Shown: piece after piece, positions 42,622 through 54,240 of the stretch
How the letters are laid out: every line of letters starts with the position of its first letter
How positions within the stretch are numbered: position 1 is the first letter of the stretch
NCBI GenBank assembly: GCA_019828565.1
Contig: JAHDYR010000016.1
Location: 62,001-126,000, forward strand
Source of the DNA: Carpediemonas membranifera BICM
Lineage: Eukaryota; Protista; Fornicata
Direction of reading: 5' to 3'
Length of the DNA: 64,000 nucleotides
Made by a program: the position numbers and the translations under genes
Notes under the pieces: model-generated
Told to the model about the DNA's origin: nothing
The model's database searches: none
Seen by the model: the letters and a program-made list of their open reading frames with translations, nothing else

Positions 42622-42773
42622 AGCTAGTAGGCTGGGAGAAAGGGGTGGGGACGCATTGGGGTTTCAATGACGTGGCGGCATCACTCTGCTAGTGGTCTGT
42701 GCAGCTTTGAGCATTCGTTCCACTTAAGATCGCCCAGTTTGCGCGTGTGCACTTTAAGGCTAACTGGAATCCC

Positions 42774-43427
42774 ATGGTCTCGGAGACGGAGCAAGCCACC
42801 ATCAGGAGACCTGTTGTGCTCAATGGTCCTAGCGGAGTTGGGAAGAGCACCATCATCAAGCAGCTCATGAGGAAGTATCCTGGCGAGTTCGTTTTCGCCG
42901 TCTCTCACACTTCCAGGCCAATGCGGGCCGGTGAGGAGGACGGAAAGGACTACCACTTCAAGACTCGCGAAGAGATAGAGGATCTCCGCGCCCGTGGCCT
43001 TATGCTGGAGACTGCTGAGGTGCACGACAATATCTACGGGACCAGTGTCCAGGCTGTCGAGTCCGAGCTCGGTACCAGTGTCTGCATCCTCGATGTCGAC
43101 TACCAAGGCGCCCTGTCGTGCAAGCGGTACTACTCAGACAAGCCGGTCCGCCCGTTGTACATCTTCGTCGGGCCCTCTGACCTCGACCCGGAGACCGTCT
43201 GCCAGACCATCGAGAAGCGACTGAGACTCCGCGGGACAGAGAGTGAAGAGACTATCCAGAAACGGCTGACGACTGCCGGCCGTGAGCTGGAATTCTTCCA
43301 CTCGAACCCCGGGTTTTACGATCACGTCATCATCAACAAGGACGGGGCCCTCGACGAGACTGTGGCGAAGGTCGAGGAGATCTTCATGCAGGAGACCGTC
43401 CTCCTCGCTAGCCCTGTGCAGGCTTAG
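42774..43427 (+). CDS. GUK1: Guanylate kinase, copy 1
   Basis: GPSGVGKST, VSHTSRPMRAGEEDGKDYHF, YGTS, RLRLRGTE. Confidence 0.95.
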   Translation: MVSETEQATIRRPVVLNGPSGVGKSTIIKQLMRKYPGEFVFAVSHTSRPMRAGEEDGKDYHFKTREEIEDLRARGLMLETAEVHDNIYGTSVQAVESELGTSVCILDVDYQGALSCKRYYSDKPVRPLYIFVGPSDLDPETVCQTIEKRLRLRGTESEETIQKRLTTAGRELEFFHSNPGFYDHVIINKDGALDETVAKVEEIFMQETVLLASPVQA

Positions 43428-43654
43428 GCACTTTGTCATCACTTTATCATAAAAGTCGGATGAAACGGGCCGACCCTGGGCGTTGGTGGGCACTGAACCT
43501 GTGGCCTCCTGCCGTCTTTATGGCTCGCAACATCGCCCCCTCCGCCTTGAGCTGATCTCGCCGAAGATCGCGCGATCTCTCACATCTACTTGGGGCTTTG
43601 AAGTTCGAACCGTGTCTGTCCAGGAGACGATGACGATGACAACTACTGAATCAT

Positions 43655-45451
43655 CATCGAGGACGTCCCCTCCTCCGTCCATGCCCTCAGCGCCGCCCAC
43701 TACATGGGGCTGGACGGAATAGACCATGTTATTGCCAAGTACATTGCTGAGAATTTGGTGTTCTCCCCAATTGTCCTGGTCGGGCTCCCCGAAGATTGCC
43801 TCGCACTTGTCATCCAGTACTGCTCGCCGATAGCGCTGCTGCTGGTCGAGTTCGAGGTCGAGAACACCGAGTTTGTCATCGAGACCCTGGCCCGGGCTTG
43901 GAGGGGGTGGGACAGACGCGGATCGTCTCGACACGACTTGGTTGGGGCCGACCTTGCCATTATCGCCCAGTCGGGATCAGAATCTGCCATGAACCGCGTG
44001 CTCTTAGCGTGCTCGACCCTCGTCACAACGTTCAGCCCACGCCCCCGCACGCCCCCTGCCCAACCTCGCCCTGATCTTTTGCCCGCTGCACCCAACTCAC
44101 AAGGGTCGACCTGTCGAACGTCGACGATGAGGCCGTGCCTGTTATAACCCAGCCCTACCCTACCAGTCGACGGACACCGCCAACGGTGGTCCTGCGGGGG
44201 GCTGGTTCGAGTCTATCCGGGTCTGATCTTCGACCGCTATTGTCATTGAGTCAGCGCAGTCAAAGCTCAGACAGGGCACGATTGCCCATGTCTCCCGCCC
44301 GACATCCGACACAGATCTTGACCGCCCGCCGGAGATCCATGCCGCCCACCCCGCGGCTCATCCCCCAGTCGACCGCCGACCCGCCTCTTGTCATAGACAT
44401 GGGCATCATGTCACGTGCCTTAGCCTGCCCACTGGCCAGCTGGGCTCTCACCACTCTATCCGCTGTGGTCGACCTCGACCTGTCTTCATGCGTCGCCTTG
44501 GGTGACACGGGCGGGTCTCTCCTCGCCATGATCATACCTAATCAACAGATTAGATCACTCAATGTTAGCCGTTGTGGACTGCAGTCCAAGGGTGTCAGAA
44601 TGCTGCTCCAGGCAGCCAGTAAGTCCCGGTATCTTAATGAGCTCGTGCTCGACCACAACACGTTCTCAAACTCAGACCCACACGCGATAAGCAATGAGTG
44701 TCAGATGCTAGCCGCTGCGGTCAAGACGTCCAGACTGCAGCTGCTCCATCTGGGCGATATGAGCGCCTCCAGGGACCACGGTGCGGCCCTGTTCGAGGCC
44801 CTGGGAGAGTCGGGTCTCGCCACCTTGGCCGACCTGTCCGTCGCGGGGTGGCCGCTCACATCCTCTAGTGCCACGGCACTGAAGCAGTCGCGGGTATTCC
44901 GGCATTTGCAGCGATTGGACATTTCCGGCGTCAGTCTCATTTCTACTGGGTCCGATCCCCTTAATATTATCATGTCTGCCATATCTCAATCCGATATACG
45001 AGATCTATTCTTTGAATCCATGGGCGAGCTTTCCGTGGACGCCGGACGCCTCCTGGGCGCCCTTCTGTACAACACCCCCGCCCTGGAGCAGCTGTCTATC
45101 GCCCACACCGAGCTCTCGGCCTCAGTGGTGCGGAGCATCGTCAAGGGGCTCCAGCCAAACCCCCGTATCGGATTCTGTGCGGTGCGGCGGCTGGATCTGT
45201 CCTGGTGTGGGCTCAGGTTTTCTGGTGCTAGCTTTATATTCTCGGTAATGCGGATGCCGGCGAGTCGACTGAGCACGCTTGTGTTACGGGGTAACACTCT
45301 CGGGCCTGCGACGGTGCGGGCCGCCGCGGACTTGGTGCGGCATCTGCGGGGCGTGGACTACGGTCGGTATCAGCAGCTTGACCTGGACCTTCGCGACGAC
45401 GTTGAGGGGCTCGGGGTTGTCCCGGACTTGCCCGGTTGTATCCATATGTGA
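43655..45451 (+). pseudogene. 5'-truncated duplicate of the BTB-LRR gene with two +1 homopolymer indels near 44052-44080
   Basis: Lacks the first ~80 codons; joined out of frame to the first codons of GPAT. Confidence 0.75.
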
Positions 45452-45533
45452 TAGTGCCGGCTATGTCACGTGGACACCACTGAACTGAAGTCCACGGAAG
45501 TAGCGAGTGAACTCATTTTTACGCGCCCATCAT

Positions 45534-46946
45534 TTACCTGAGCTTGAGTGCAATTGACATCAGGGGGACAACTCCGAGGCCGCACACTGTCGCGCTGAGC
45601 CCCAGTTGGGGGAGCAGGTCGACGTCTGCCCTGCTTATTGCTGTAGCCGCACCGCCCAGCAGCGCAAGCACAGCCAGGCCGCGGAGGTCGACCATGGCTC
45701 GGAGTGCGTCCATGACGCGGCCAGACTTGGTGAACCAGGCCGCGTTAGTCCCCAACCTTAGCGTCAGTGGGCCCAGCCCCAGAGCAATACATGCTGCCGG
45801 AGAATAGTGCGACCCAACCCACACCGTACCGATCGATATAAGTCCTATCATAAACATGAGAGCGTTATTGGTGCGGAGTTGAGCGGGGTTCAGCGTCGAC
45901 GCCGCAATATTCTCAAACGGCCCGTTTAGGGCGAACAGGGGTAGTGCCAGCCATGAAAGCTGGACCGCCCGCACAACGTCCGGGCCCGAGGTCGGGAACA
46001 CGACAGACATGGCCAGCGGGGTCAGCGGGCATCCGAGGGCAACAGCAGCAAAGGCAATGTAGGTCTCGAGTCGCGCCATTCGAAGCAGACCCAGCTTGTC
46101 GACGCCACTGTCTCTGGCGGCACGGAGGGCGACCTGCTCGTCGATGGGAGCGAAGATGAACTTGACAGGCATGCCTGATAGTGTTGCTGAGAGTGCCCAA
46201 GCCCCGCTGAACGCACCGGAGGGTGCTGCAAATGCCATGACAGCCCTCTCGCCCTCGGCCAGCACCAGACGTTGGGCGGAGTTGAGCGTGTATTGGGTCA
46301 TAAACTGCGAGTCGACTCTGCCCCACTGGGCACGGGGCTGGGGCTTGACTGAGCGGGACACAGTGGCGAACACGGCGAGGAGGGTGAGTGAGGCGGCTAG
46401 TTGCGTGGCGGCCAAGCATGCAGGGGTCCAGGCGGGAGTGATGGCCTTGGCACTCACCCCAATCGCCACAGCGACTGTAATCACGCTCCTGACGGTTTCA
46501 GCGAGCGAGTCGGCGTGTGTCTTGACTTCAATCGAGTCGGCCAGGAGACAACGGCCCAGGAAGGGTTCGGCCGCCGCCTCGACCAGTGCGGCCATCATGA
46601 TGATACCGCCGGCTATGGCACCACATGTAAAGGGGACGGACTCGGTCATGAGGAGTTCGGGCTTGCTGACAACCAGCATGACAGCCACAACAGCCACCAC
46701 AGCTGTTATGAGGAAAGGTATGGTCTTGTATGCTGGGGAGATACGGTGTTCTGTCGAGAATACCCGCATCTGGGTTGTTCGTACGTTCTCGAGAGCTAGG
46801 AGCGTGCATACGGTCGTAATGATCTGAAACTGGACGGCAGAAAGACTGAAAGCATCTGTAGGTAATCTAGCAGTAATATACATGTTTGATGCGAATGATA
46901 TGGCGTTTGCAGCCACCTGGCCGCTGAGGATGGACAGTAGCCCCAT
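45534..46946 (-). CDS. RFT1: RFT1-like, copy 2
   Basis: Translation identical to copy 1. Confidence 0.75.
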   Translation of the reverse strand: MGLLSILSGQVAANAISFASNMYITARLPTDAFSLSAVQFQIITTVCTLLALENVRTTQMRVFSTEHRISPAYKTIPFLITAVVAVVAVMLVVSKPELLMTESVPFTCGAIAGGIIMMAALVEAAAEPFLGRCLLADSIEVKTHADSLAETVRSVITVAVAIGVSAKAITPAWTPACLAATQLAASLTLLAVFATVSRSVKPQPRAQWGRVDSQFMTQYTLNSAQRLVLAEGERAVMAFAAPSGAFSGAWALSATLSGMPVKFIFAPIDEQVALRAARDSGVDKLGLLRMARLETYIAFAAVALGCPLTPLAMSVVFPTSGPDVVRAVQLSWLALPLFALNGPFENIAASTLNPAQLRTNNALMFMIGLISIGTVWVGSHYSPAACIALGLGPLTLRLGTNAAWFTKSGRVMDALRAMVDLRGLAVLALLGGAATAISRADVDLLPQLGLSATVCGLGVVPLMSIALKLR

Positions 46947-47090
46947 CTTGTCTTGATGAGAGCTCGATCCAATCTCGACTCAGGCCCAGTCAAGACTGTA
47001 AGGAACAGCATAGAAGGTTTTGGATGTCCAAAGGACACGTACTCTTGCACATACAGCCTTCCCAGTCGCCGCCTGACCTAATCTGGCAAT

Positions 47091-47679
47091 ATGAACGCCA
47101 CGCCCAGTTATGTGGTCCATGTGCATGGACAGGATCCACAGTTCCTCGTAGACAAGATAGTTCGTCGGAAGATCTACGATTGCAACTTCTGGAAGGTGTA
47201 CTGCACCTCGTTGGAGCAGGACACCGTGATCCACCGCGTTCTCGAGCTGTTCTACGTCGGAGGCACATTCGGCGCATATGAAGAGCCCTCTCCCTTTCTC
47301 TGCCTTCTCTTGAAGCTCCTACAGGTTCAGCCACCGCTCGAACTCGTGACTGGCATCTTCACCCGCTCAACGAACCCTCACGTCCGCGTCCTCGCGGCCA
47401 TGTACACACGGATGGTCGCCCCGTCCGCCGTGATCTATGAGACGCTGGAGCCGTTGCTGTTTGACCGAGCCCCCCGTCCGAACGAGGGCAGGGATCGAGT
47501 GGGGCGAGAGCACCGTTGACACCATCGTCGGGGACCTCATCGATGACCAGTTCGTGTTCAACATCACCCTGCCCCACCTCGTCGGGCGGCGGTTGCTGGT
47601 GGCACGGAATGAGCTTGGGCCGATGGAGTGGCCGGAGGGCGTCGAGGCCGAAGCCAGGGCGGTAGTCGAGGGCGAGTGA
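47091..47679 (+). CDS. PRP38: Prp38, copy 2; extra C near 47470-47475 breaks the frame
   Basis: Matches copy 1 except C6 versus C5. Confidence 0.8.
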
Positions 47680-47780
47680 GTGTGGCTCGGCCGTTATGGG
47701 GTATATACGCACAGTAAGACATGTCGGTAAATCTCAATATCGAGTGACCGTCCGTAACCCGCGTGCCTGCACCGGCGATA

Positions 47781-48624
47781 ATGTCCAATTCAGCAGCAAC
47801 AAGAGATTGGGCGAAGAGCACGCTCAAACAGCTTCCTATTAATATAATAATCTCCCTTACCTTCTTTGTAATCACGTTTTTGCTTGAAAGACCAAAGATT
47901 TCGGCTGACATCGTTCCCAAGCGCGATTTCAGCCTCACAGACGCATCAATATCATTTGTTGCTAAGTCATCCATTGTCCCGTACACAGTAGTCATCGTCT
48001 TCATGGTCTCCGTCGTCCTTCTTGCCCCCCTCCTCGCCCTGCCCGTCAGCCCCGTCCTCTCCGCCGAGATCCTGCTCTCCTCGGCCGTCTGCATCTCAGT
48101 ACAAGTGTGTCACACCCACCCCGCTCACACAGTACCTGCTCGTCTCCTTCCTCAAGGTGACGACGGGTCGACTCCGCCCGGACTTCATTTCCCGCTGCGG
48201 GTGGGATGCGGTAGCTGACCAGTGTACGGGCGACCCCAGCACGGTGTTTCAGGGTCGACTTTCGTTCCCCTCTGGTCATGCGGGGGCGTCCATGTGTGCT
48301 AGCATGCTCCTCAGCGCGTCCTTATTCACCGTCTTCGTCGTCCACCGCAACGACTGGCATCCCAAGGCCCTCAGCACCGCCGTCGGTGTGATCAGCACCC
48401 GGGGGTGGGTCGGGGTCAGCTTCTTGCCCGTCCTCTTCGGCCTCTTTGTCGGACTTACCAGAACCCTGGATCACCACCACCACCCAGGCGACGTGGGAGT
48501 CGGCATGGCAATCGGCGCGACCTTCGCAGTGGCAGCAGTGGCGCTGGCCGAGAGGAGGTTCGACAGATACCAGGCCCAGTGCAGGGCTGGGCGCCACAAG
48601 AAGAGCCTGCCGTTGTACACTTAG
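47781..48624 (+). CDS. PAP2 lipid phosphate phosphatase, copy 2 (intact); intron 48105-48132
   Basis: After splicing, KxxxxxxRP, PSGH and RxxxxxH motifs are all in one frame. Confidence 0.9.
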
Positions 48625-49253
48625 GCGATGGTGTCACGTTCATGTCATGTCGCTGTGACTGTGACTGGGCGATAAACAACTGCTGAGGCAGGTATGGCGG
48701 CACAGTAAATGTGACATGTCGTTGCAACATGTTTTAGTGGATTGGGGGTCTGCCCACGATTGCTCGGAAATATCGCCGCGAGATTCTCGCCCCACAAACT
48801 GATGACTAGGACATACAAATGCACTCCCGCGATCCGCTGACCCTACCAGCGATTGCACGTCTTCTGGCTCATCCCCAGTGTGCCGTGCTAGGGCCCAGAA
48901 TTATGATAAAGACTGTTTACGACTTCCGCAGGTTAAGGGCACACCAGTTCAGTTTTTCAATTCCAAATTTTGGACGACGAAATGAGTCCCCGCTCTACCC
49001 GGACTAGACTAGACCTAGCCAATACGCCATAGTTACACAACAAACGGCTAGTAGCGATCGTGGCTCAGGTATGCCAAGGCGAGGGCACGGTCTCAATCAA
49101 ATGCCGTCAACAGGTCATGAATCTGACAGAGAACAAGATCAAGACGGTTATTGACACATTTCGAGCAATCATCATTTCTGTCAGGCAACAGCCAATTTTT
49201 GTGTGAGAAAAATGGGACGAGTGAAAAAATGTGATTGGATCATTTTTTTGGTC

Positions 49254-49412
49254 ATACTTACCATTGGAGGCCATATGTCCCTCAAGAACGACGTTGGCGA
49301 TCTAGGAGTGCTACACGTTTGTGGTTGGTGCACCTAGGTCCTCGCTGGCTGGTCTAAGGCCTGGCGAGATCCTCTTATTTGTTCCAGCGGAGAAGGCGTT
49401 CGCGCCGCTCCT
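49254..49412 (+). ncRNA. U1: U1 spliceosomal snRNA, copy 2
   Basis: Same sequence as 40719-40877. Confidence 0.88.
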
Positions 49413-49847
49413 ACCCCCAACTAACAACATCAAAACGACGGTATTGTGGTGTAAATTTCTTGTTTGGTCGTTCTCATGTGCATGATGATGTACAGAACTG
49501 GTCAGATCACTAATGCAGGGTAAAGCAACCGAGCAGGAAGAGGAGACCCCTGACCAGGCCTGCAAGCTCAACCACCCAGAATCCCAGGTAAACGATATGT
49601 GTCAGCCACATTCTCGTGGATAGAATGTCCTTTTGGCTTTGCAATCGGCACTGTTTGAGTAGATCTTCGCTCCCACCTTCTCTTCCTAATCGGTCTAATT
49701 AGAGCACAAAAATAGCCGCGCAATACATGGTGTATGCGTGCTAGAGTCAACACCTTACCCAACACTTGACAATATCCCCAGTGACAACCCGCCATTCAAT
49801 TTCGCAGATTATGTCACGACGCCGCGGGCAAGCTTCAACTCGGGATT

Positions 49848-51155
49848 ATGAGCTCGGCCTCCCCTGCTTCGAAGCGAACAGTGTCATTCTTCCATGATCC
49901 CGACTTTGGGCAGCACTACTTAGGCCCTGAGCATGCGATGAAGCCGTTCCGGTTCGCCTTGACGTGTGAGCTAGTAATGAGCTACGGACTGCATGAACAG
50001 ATGTCTATATACAGCCCACGACTGCTTTCTAGCATGGAGATGACCAAGTTCCACACCGAGGAGTACGTCAGCTTCCTGCAGCAAGTCGCCCCCGACGGCC
50101 CCGTCTCACAGTCCGAGCCCAACCCATTCAACATCGGGGAAGACTGCCCGTCGTTTGTGGGGCTCTTCCCGTACTGCCAGCGCTCCTGTGGCGGCAGTGT
50201 GACTGGCGCGGCCCATCTTATCGCGGGGCACTCCGACATTGCCGTCAATTGGATGGGTGGCATGCACCACGCCAAGAGGAACGAGGCCAGTGGATTCTGC
50301 TACGCTAATGACATTGTCCTGGGCATCCTGGAGCTGCTGAAGTTCATTCCGCGCGTGCTCTACATCGACATCGACATCCACCACGGCGACGGCGTAGAAG
50401 AGGCCTTCTACACTACGGACAGGGTCATGACAGTATCCTTCCACAAGCACGGCAACTCCTTCTTTCCTGGCACGGGCGCAGTGTCCGACGCGGGTGTCGG
50501 TCCCGGACTCGGCTACGCCGTGAACGTGCCGCTCAACGACGGCATGGACGACGAAAGCTACACCACGCTGTTCAAGGCCGTCATCCGGGACGTCATGGAG
50601 CACTTCAGGCCCGGCGCTATCGTGCTTCAGTGCGGCGCTGACTCCCTCGCGAACGACAGGCTCGGTTGCTTCAACCTGACCATCGGCGGACATGGCGAGT
50701 GCGTGGATTTCGTCAAGTCCCTCGGCCTGCCGCTCATGGTGCTCGGCGGGGGCGGCTACACGCTGCCCAATGTTGCCCGCTGCTGGGCTTATGAGACGGC
50801 TTTGTGTGTGGGCGCGAGGATTCCAGAGGAGGTGCCCAAGCATGAGTTTTACGAGTACTACGGGCCCGATTACTGTCTTAACATTGTCAAGAACAACCAG
50901 CAGAACATGAATACGCGCGAGGACTTCGATCGGCTTTATCAGAAGGTATACACCCAGCTCCGGTCGATACAGCCGGCGCCAGGGGTCGGGTTGACCTCCA
51001 TGCCGGCTGGGGTGGGCCTGGACCTTCAGGCGGACATCGACATGGGCGAGGATAGTGCGGGCAACTCCAGGGTGACGGCCACAGCGGCGGACCTGGGCCG
51101 GACACTGGATGCCGAGGACAGGCGAGGGCTCAGGCCAAGTGAGTTTGTAGATTAA
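49848..51155 (+). CDS. HDAC1: Class I histone deacetylase, copy 2
   Basis: Translation identical to copy 1. Confidence 0.95.
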   Translation: MSSASPASKRTVSFFHDPDFGQHYLGPEHAMKPFRFALTCELVMSYGLHEQMSIYSPRLLSSMEMTKFHTEEYVSFLQQVAPDGPVSQSEPNPFNIGEDCPSFVGLFPYCQRSCGGSVTGAAHLIAGHSDIAVNWMGGMHHAKRNEASGFCYANDIVLGILELLKFIPRVLYIDIDIHHGDGVEEAFYTTDRVMTVSFHKHGNSFFPGTGAVSDAGVGPGLGYAVNVPLNDGMDDESYTTLFKAVIRDVMEHFRPGAIVLQCGADSLANDRLGCFNLTIGGHGECVDFVKSLGLPLMVLGGGGYTLPNVARCWAYETALCVGARIPEEVPKHEFYEYYGPDYCLNIVKNNQQNMNTREDFDRLYQKVYTQLRSIQPAPGVGLTSMPAGVGLDLQADIDMGEDSAGNSRVTATAADLGRTLDAEDRRGLRPSEFVD

Positions 51156-51307
51156 AGCTAGTAGGCTGGGAGAAAGGGGTGGGGACGCATTGGGGTTTCA
51201 ATGACGTGGCGGCATCACTCTGCTAGTGGTCTGTGCAGCTTTGAGCATTCGTTCCACTTAAGATCGCCCAGTTTGCGCGTGTGCACTTTAAGGCTAACTG
51301 GAATCCC

Positions 51308-51961
51308 ATGGTCTCGGAGACGGAGCAAGCCACCATCAGGAGACCTGTTGTGCTCAATGGTCCTAGCGGAGTTGGGAAGAGCACCATCATCAAGCAGCTC
51401 ATGAGGAAGTATCCTGGCGAGTTCGTTTTCGCCGTCTCTCACACTTCCAGGCCAATGCGGGCCGGTGAGGAGGACGGAAAGGACTACCACTTCAAGACTC
51501 GCGAAGAGATAGAGGATCTCCGCGCCCGTGGCCTTATGCTGGAGACTGCTGAGGTGCACGACAATATCTACGGGACCAGTGTCCAGGCTGTCGAGTCCGA
51601 GCTCGGTACCAGTGTCTGCATCCTCGATGTCGACTACCAAGGCGCCCTGTCGTGCAAGCGGTACTACTCAGACAAGCCGGTCCGCCCGTTGTACATCTTC
51701 GTCGGGCCCTCTGACCTCGACCCGGAGACCGTCTGCCAGACCATCGAGAAGCGACTGAGACTCCGCGGGACAGAGAGTGAAGAGACTATCCAGAAACGGC
51801 TGACGACTGCCGGCCGTGAGCTGGAATTCTTCCACTCGAACCCCGGGTTTTACGATCACGTCATCATCAACAAGGACGGGGCCCTCGACGAGACTGTGGC
51901 GAAGGTCGAGGAGATCTTCATGCAGGAGACCGTCCTCCTCGCTAGCCCTGTGCAGGCTTAG
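51308..51961 (+). CDS. GUK1: Guanylate kinase, copy 2
   Basis: Translation identical to copy 1. Confidence 0.95.
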   Translation: MVSETEQATIRRPVVLNGPSGVGKSTIIKQLMRKYPGEFVFAVSHTSRPMRAGEEDGKDYHFKTREEIEDLRARGLMLETAEVHDNIYGTSVQAVESELGTSVCILDVDYQGALSCKRYYSDKPVRPLYIFVGPSDLDPETVCQTIEKRLRLRGTESEETIQKRLTTAGRELEFFHSNPGFYDHVIINKDGALDETVAKVEEIFMQETVLLASPVQA

Positions 51962-52163
51962 GCACTTTGTCATCACTTTATCATAAAAGTCGGATGAAAC
52001 GGGCCGACCCTGGGCGTTGGTGGGCACTGAACCTGTGGCCTCCTGCCGTCTTTATGGCTCGCAACATCGCCCCCTCCGCCTTGAGCTGATCTCGCCGAAG
52101 ATCGCGCGATCTCTCACATCTACTTGGGGCTTTGAAGTTCGAACCGTGTCTGTCCAGGAGACG

Positions 52164-53447
52164 ATGACGATGACAACTACTGAAGCAGCGCCGAGTACTA
52201 TGGAACAAAGCTCTTCTTCGTCATTGAGGTCTGATTCCAGCTCTATGTCAGCTGATGAGAAGAACGAAGCTTCATTGCGGCGAGATGCAATGATTTCCGA
52301 CAGCATTACCTCCCCAATCAGCATTTCTGCGCCTGATGCAGCCAAGATGCGTGCCTACATTGAACAGAAGATTCTCGATGAGGACAAAGCCCGCGACAGA
52401 TCCCTGCCATCAGATGTCTCCGCCCTCACGCTAGTAGCTGCCCTTGCCCTCAACCAGGCCTTCGAGGGCGCACAGGCACTTGTCACTGACGACTTTTCCT
52501 CCTGCTTCAGCTCAAACCGCAGCCGGGCATGGAACTACAACTTCTACCTCCTCGTGCTGTACCTCATTGGCTGGGTTGTGCGGGTCGTCATGTTCCCAGT
52601 CCGGGTCGGCATCTTCATCGGTTCCGCCCTGATCTTTGTTCCCGTGTTCTACGCCACAACTCTGCTCCCACTCGAAGAGCACCTCAAGTTCGCCCTCCTG
52701 CGCCGCATGGTCCAGTTCGAGGCTCGTGTCATCCTGTTCTCCTGGCTAGCCGTAGTACAGTATCATGGTGTGATTCCTTCTCGGCGGCCCAACCAGATTT
52801 ATGTCGCGAACCACACCTCTCTCATGGACTTCGTACTGCTGGAGGCCCTCATGCCATTCGGTACGGTCGGGCAGAAGCAGCCGGGATGGATCGGATTCAT
52901 CCAGAACAGGATCCTAGCATGCATGGAGAACTTATGGTTTGACCGGCAGGCATCGAAAGAGCGCGCCCTGTTGACGACGCAGCTCAAGGAGAGAATCAGT
53001 GACGACACCAAGACGCCAATCCTCGTCTTCCCAGAGGGCGTCTGCACCAACAATACAAGCACTGTGCAGTTTAAGCGCGGGGCCTTCGACGCCGCCACTG
53101 AAATCTGTCCAATCGCCATCAAGTACAACAACCTCTTCAGTGACTGCTTCTGGAACAGCCGCCGCGAGTCATTCTGGTCCTACTGCTGCCGCATATGGGG
53201 CTCCTGGTGCGTTGTCGCGGACGTCTACTATCTCCGGCCGCACCACATGCGAGACGACGAGACTGTCGAGGAGTTCGCCAACAGGGTACAGCGGCTCATC
53301 AGTGACAAGGCCGGGCTGAAGTTCACGACACACAATGGGTACCTGAAGTACTTCAGACCCAGCCAGAGGTTCGTCGAGGCCCGGCAGGCCACACTGAGCA
53401 AGGAGTTCGAGAGATTCGTCCAGTCGGAGGATAAGAAGGAGAAGTAG
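52164..53447 (+). CDS. ER glycerol-3-phosphate acyltransferase (GPAT3/4, GPAT9-like)
   Basis: VANHTSLMD (HX4D), FPEGVCTNN, FKRGAF, PIAIKY. Confidence 0.92.
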   Translation: MTMTTTEAAPSTMEQSSSSSLRSDSSSMSADEKNEASLRRDAMISDSITSPISISAPDAAKMRAYIEQKILDEDKARDRSLPSDVSALTLVAALALNQAFEGAQALVTDDFSSCFSSNRSRAWNYNFYLLVLYLIGWVVRVVMFPVRVGIFIGSALIFVPVFYATTLLPLEEHLKFALLRRMVQFEARVILFSWLAVVQYHGVIPSRRPNQIYVANHTSLMDFVLLEALMPFGTVGQKQPGWIGFIQNRILACMENLWFDRQASKERALLTTQLKERISDDTKTPILVFPEGVCTNNTSTVQFKRGAFDAATEICPIAIKYNNLFSDCFWNSRRESFWSYCCRIWGSWCVVADVYYLRPHHMRDDETVEEFANRVQRLISDKAGLKFTTHNGYLKYFRPSQRFVEARQATLSKEFERFVQSEDKKEK

Positions 53448-53707
53448 AGAGTGTACATATCAATAGTACGTTCGTGTAAATGGCATGCAAGGTTGCGATC
53501 AATGTGCAGCTTCCGGACTTCTGGATTGTTTTAGAAATTTACCTCTGGATTCTGGCAGGATAGCTTGCATCACTGACTTGCCAGACTGCAACAACATCAG
53601 TCACGGCTCAAGAGCGCTGATCTCTCGTCATCATCTTTTTTCACAGAAAAAGTTTTTCCTGAAAAAAAGCTGAGTTCGTGAACCACCGTCTAGTTCCTAG
53701 TACTGCG

Positions 53708-53953
53708 ATGCCCGTGCCCGTTACTGAGATCAAGCAGTTTATCGAGATCGCCAAGGAGCGTAACGCCAGCGAGCTCCGCGTGAAGCGCCTTACTAACGGC
53801 CAGGCTAAGCTCAAGCTTAGAACCGCTCGCCGCCTCTATACCCTTACTCTTAAGGACGGCAAGCGCGCGGACAAGGTTGTTGCGTCCCTTAAGTCCAGTT
53901 TGTAGCCCTCTATGTGCCCTAATACAGCTGTCAAGAAGACCGTCAAGCTCTAA
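53708..53953 (+). CDS. RPL38: 60S ribosomal protein eL38; 30-nt intron 53898-53927
   Basis: EIKQFIEIAK..KLKLRTARRLYTL..KRADK; splicing restores KSTVKKTVKL*. Confidence 0.9.
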
Positions 53954-54240
53954 ACGAGTTCCCGGGATTAAATACAGTGCACCACGCCTTTGCTGCGTGC
54001 AGTTGTCGAGTGTGAGCCGCTCAGACCAGAGAGTCAGGCAATATTATTGGTCCCTGAGTGCTGGGCGACCTGTCCTCTGATGGGAGTCGGCAAGACGTAA
54101 AACAGCGGAAATGAGGAGCTATCGGCTGTCAAGTGGCTGCTCCCTTATCTTCAAGCCGAGATACCACATCATACCCAAACCCGACCGCCGCACCCAACTC
54201 TCCACAACTAAACTGCCACCTTGCTCCCCATTTATAATGT

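Larger units (their letters stand above)
35122..52184. repeat. Tandem segmental duplication: 35122-43650 and 43655-52184, separated by TCAT
   Basis: Sequence and ORF set repeat at an offset of 8533-8536. Confidence 0.97.
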
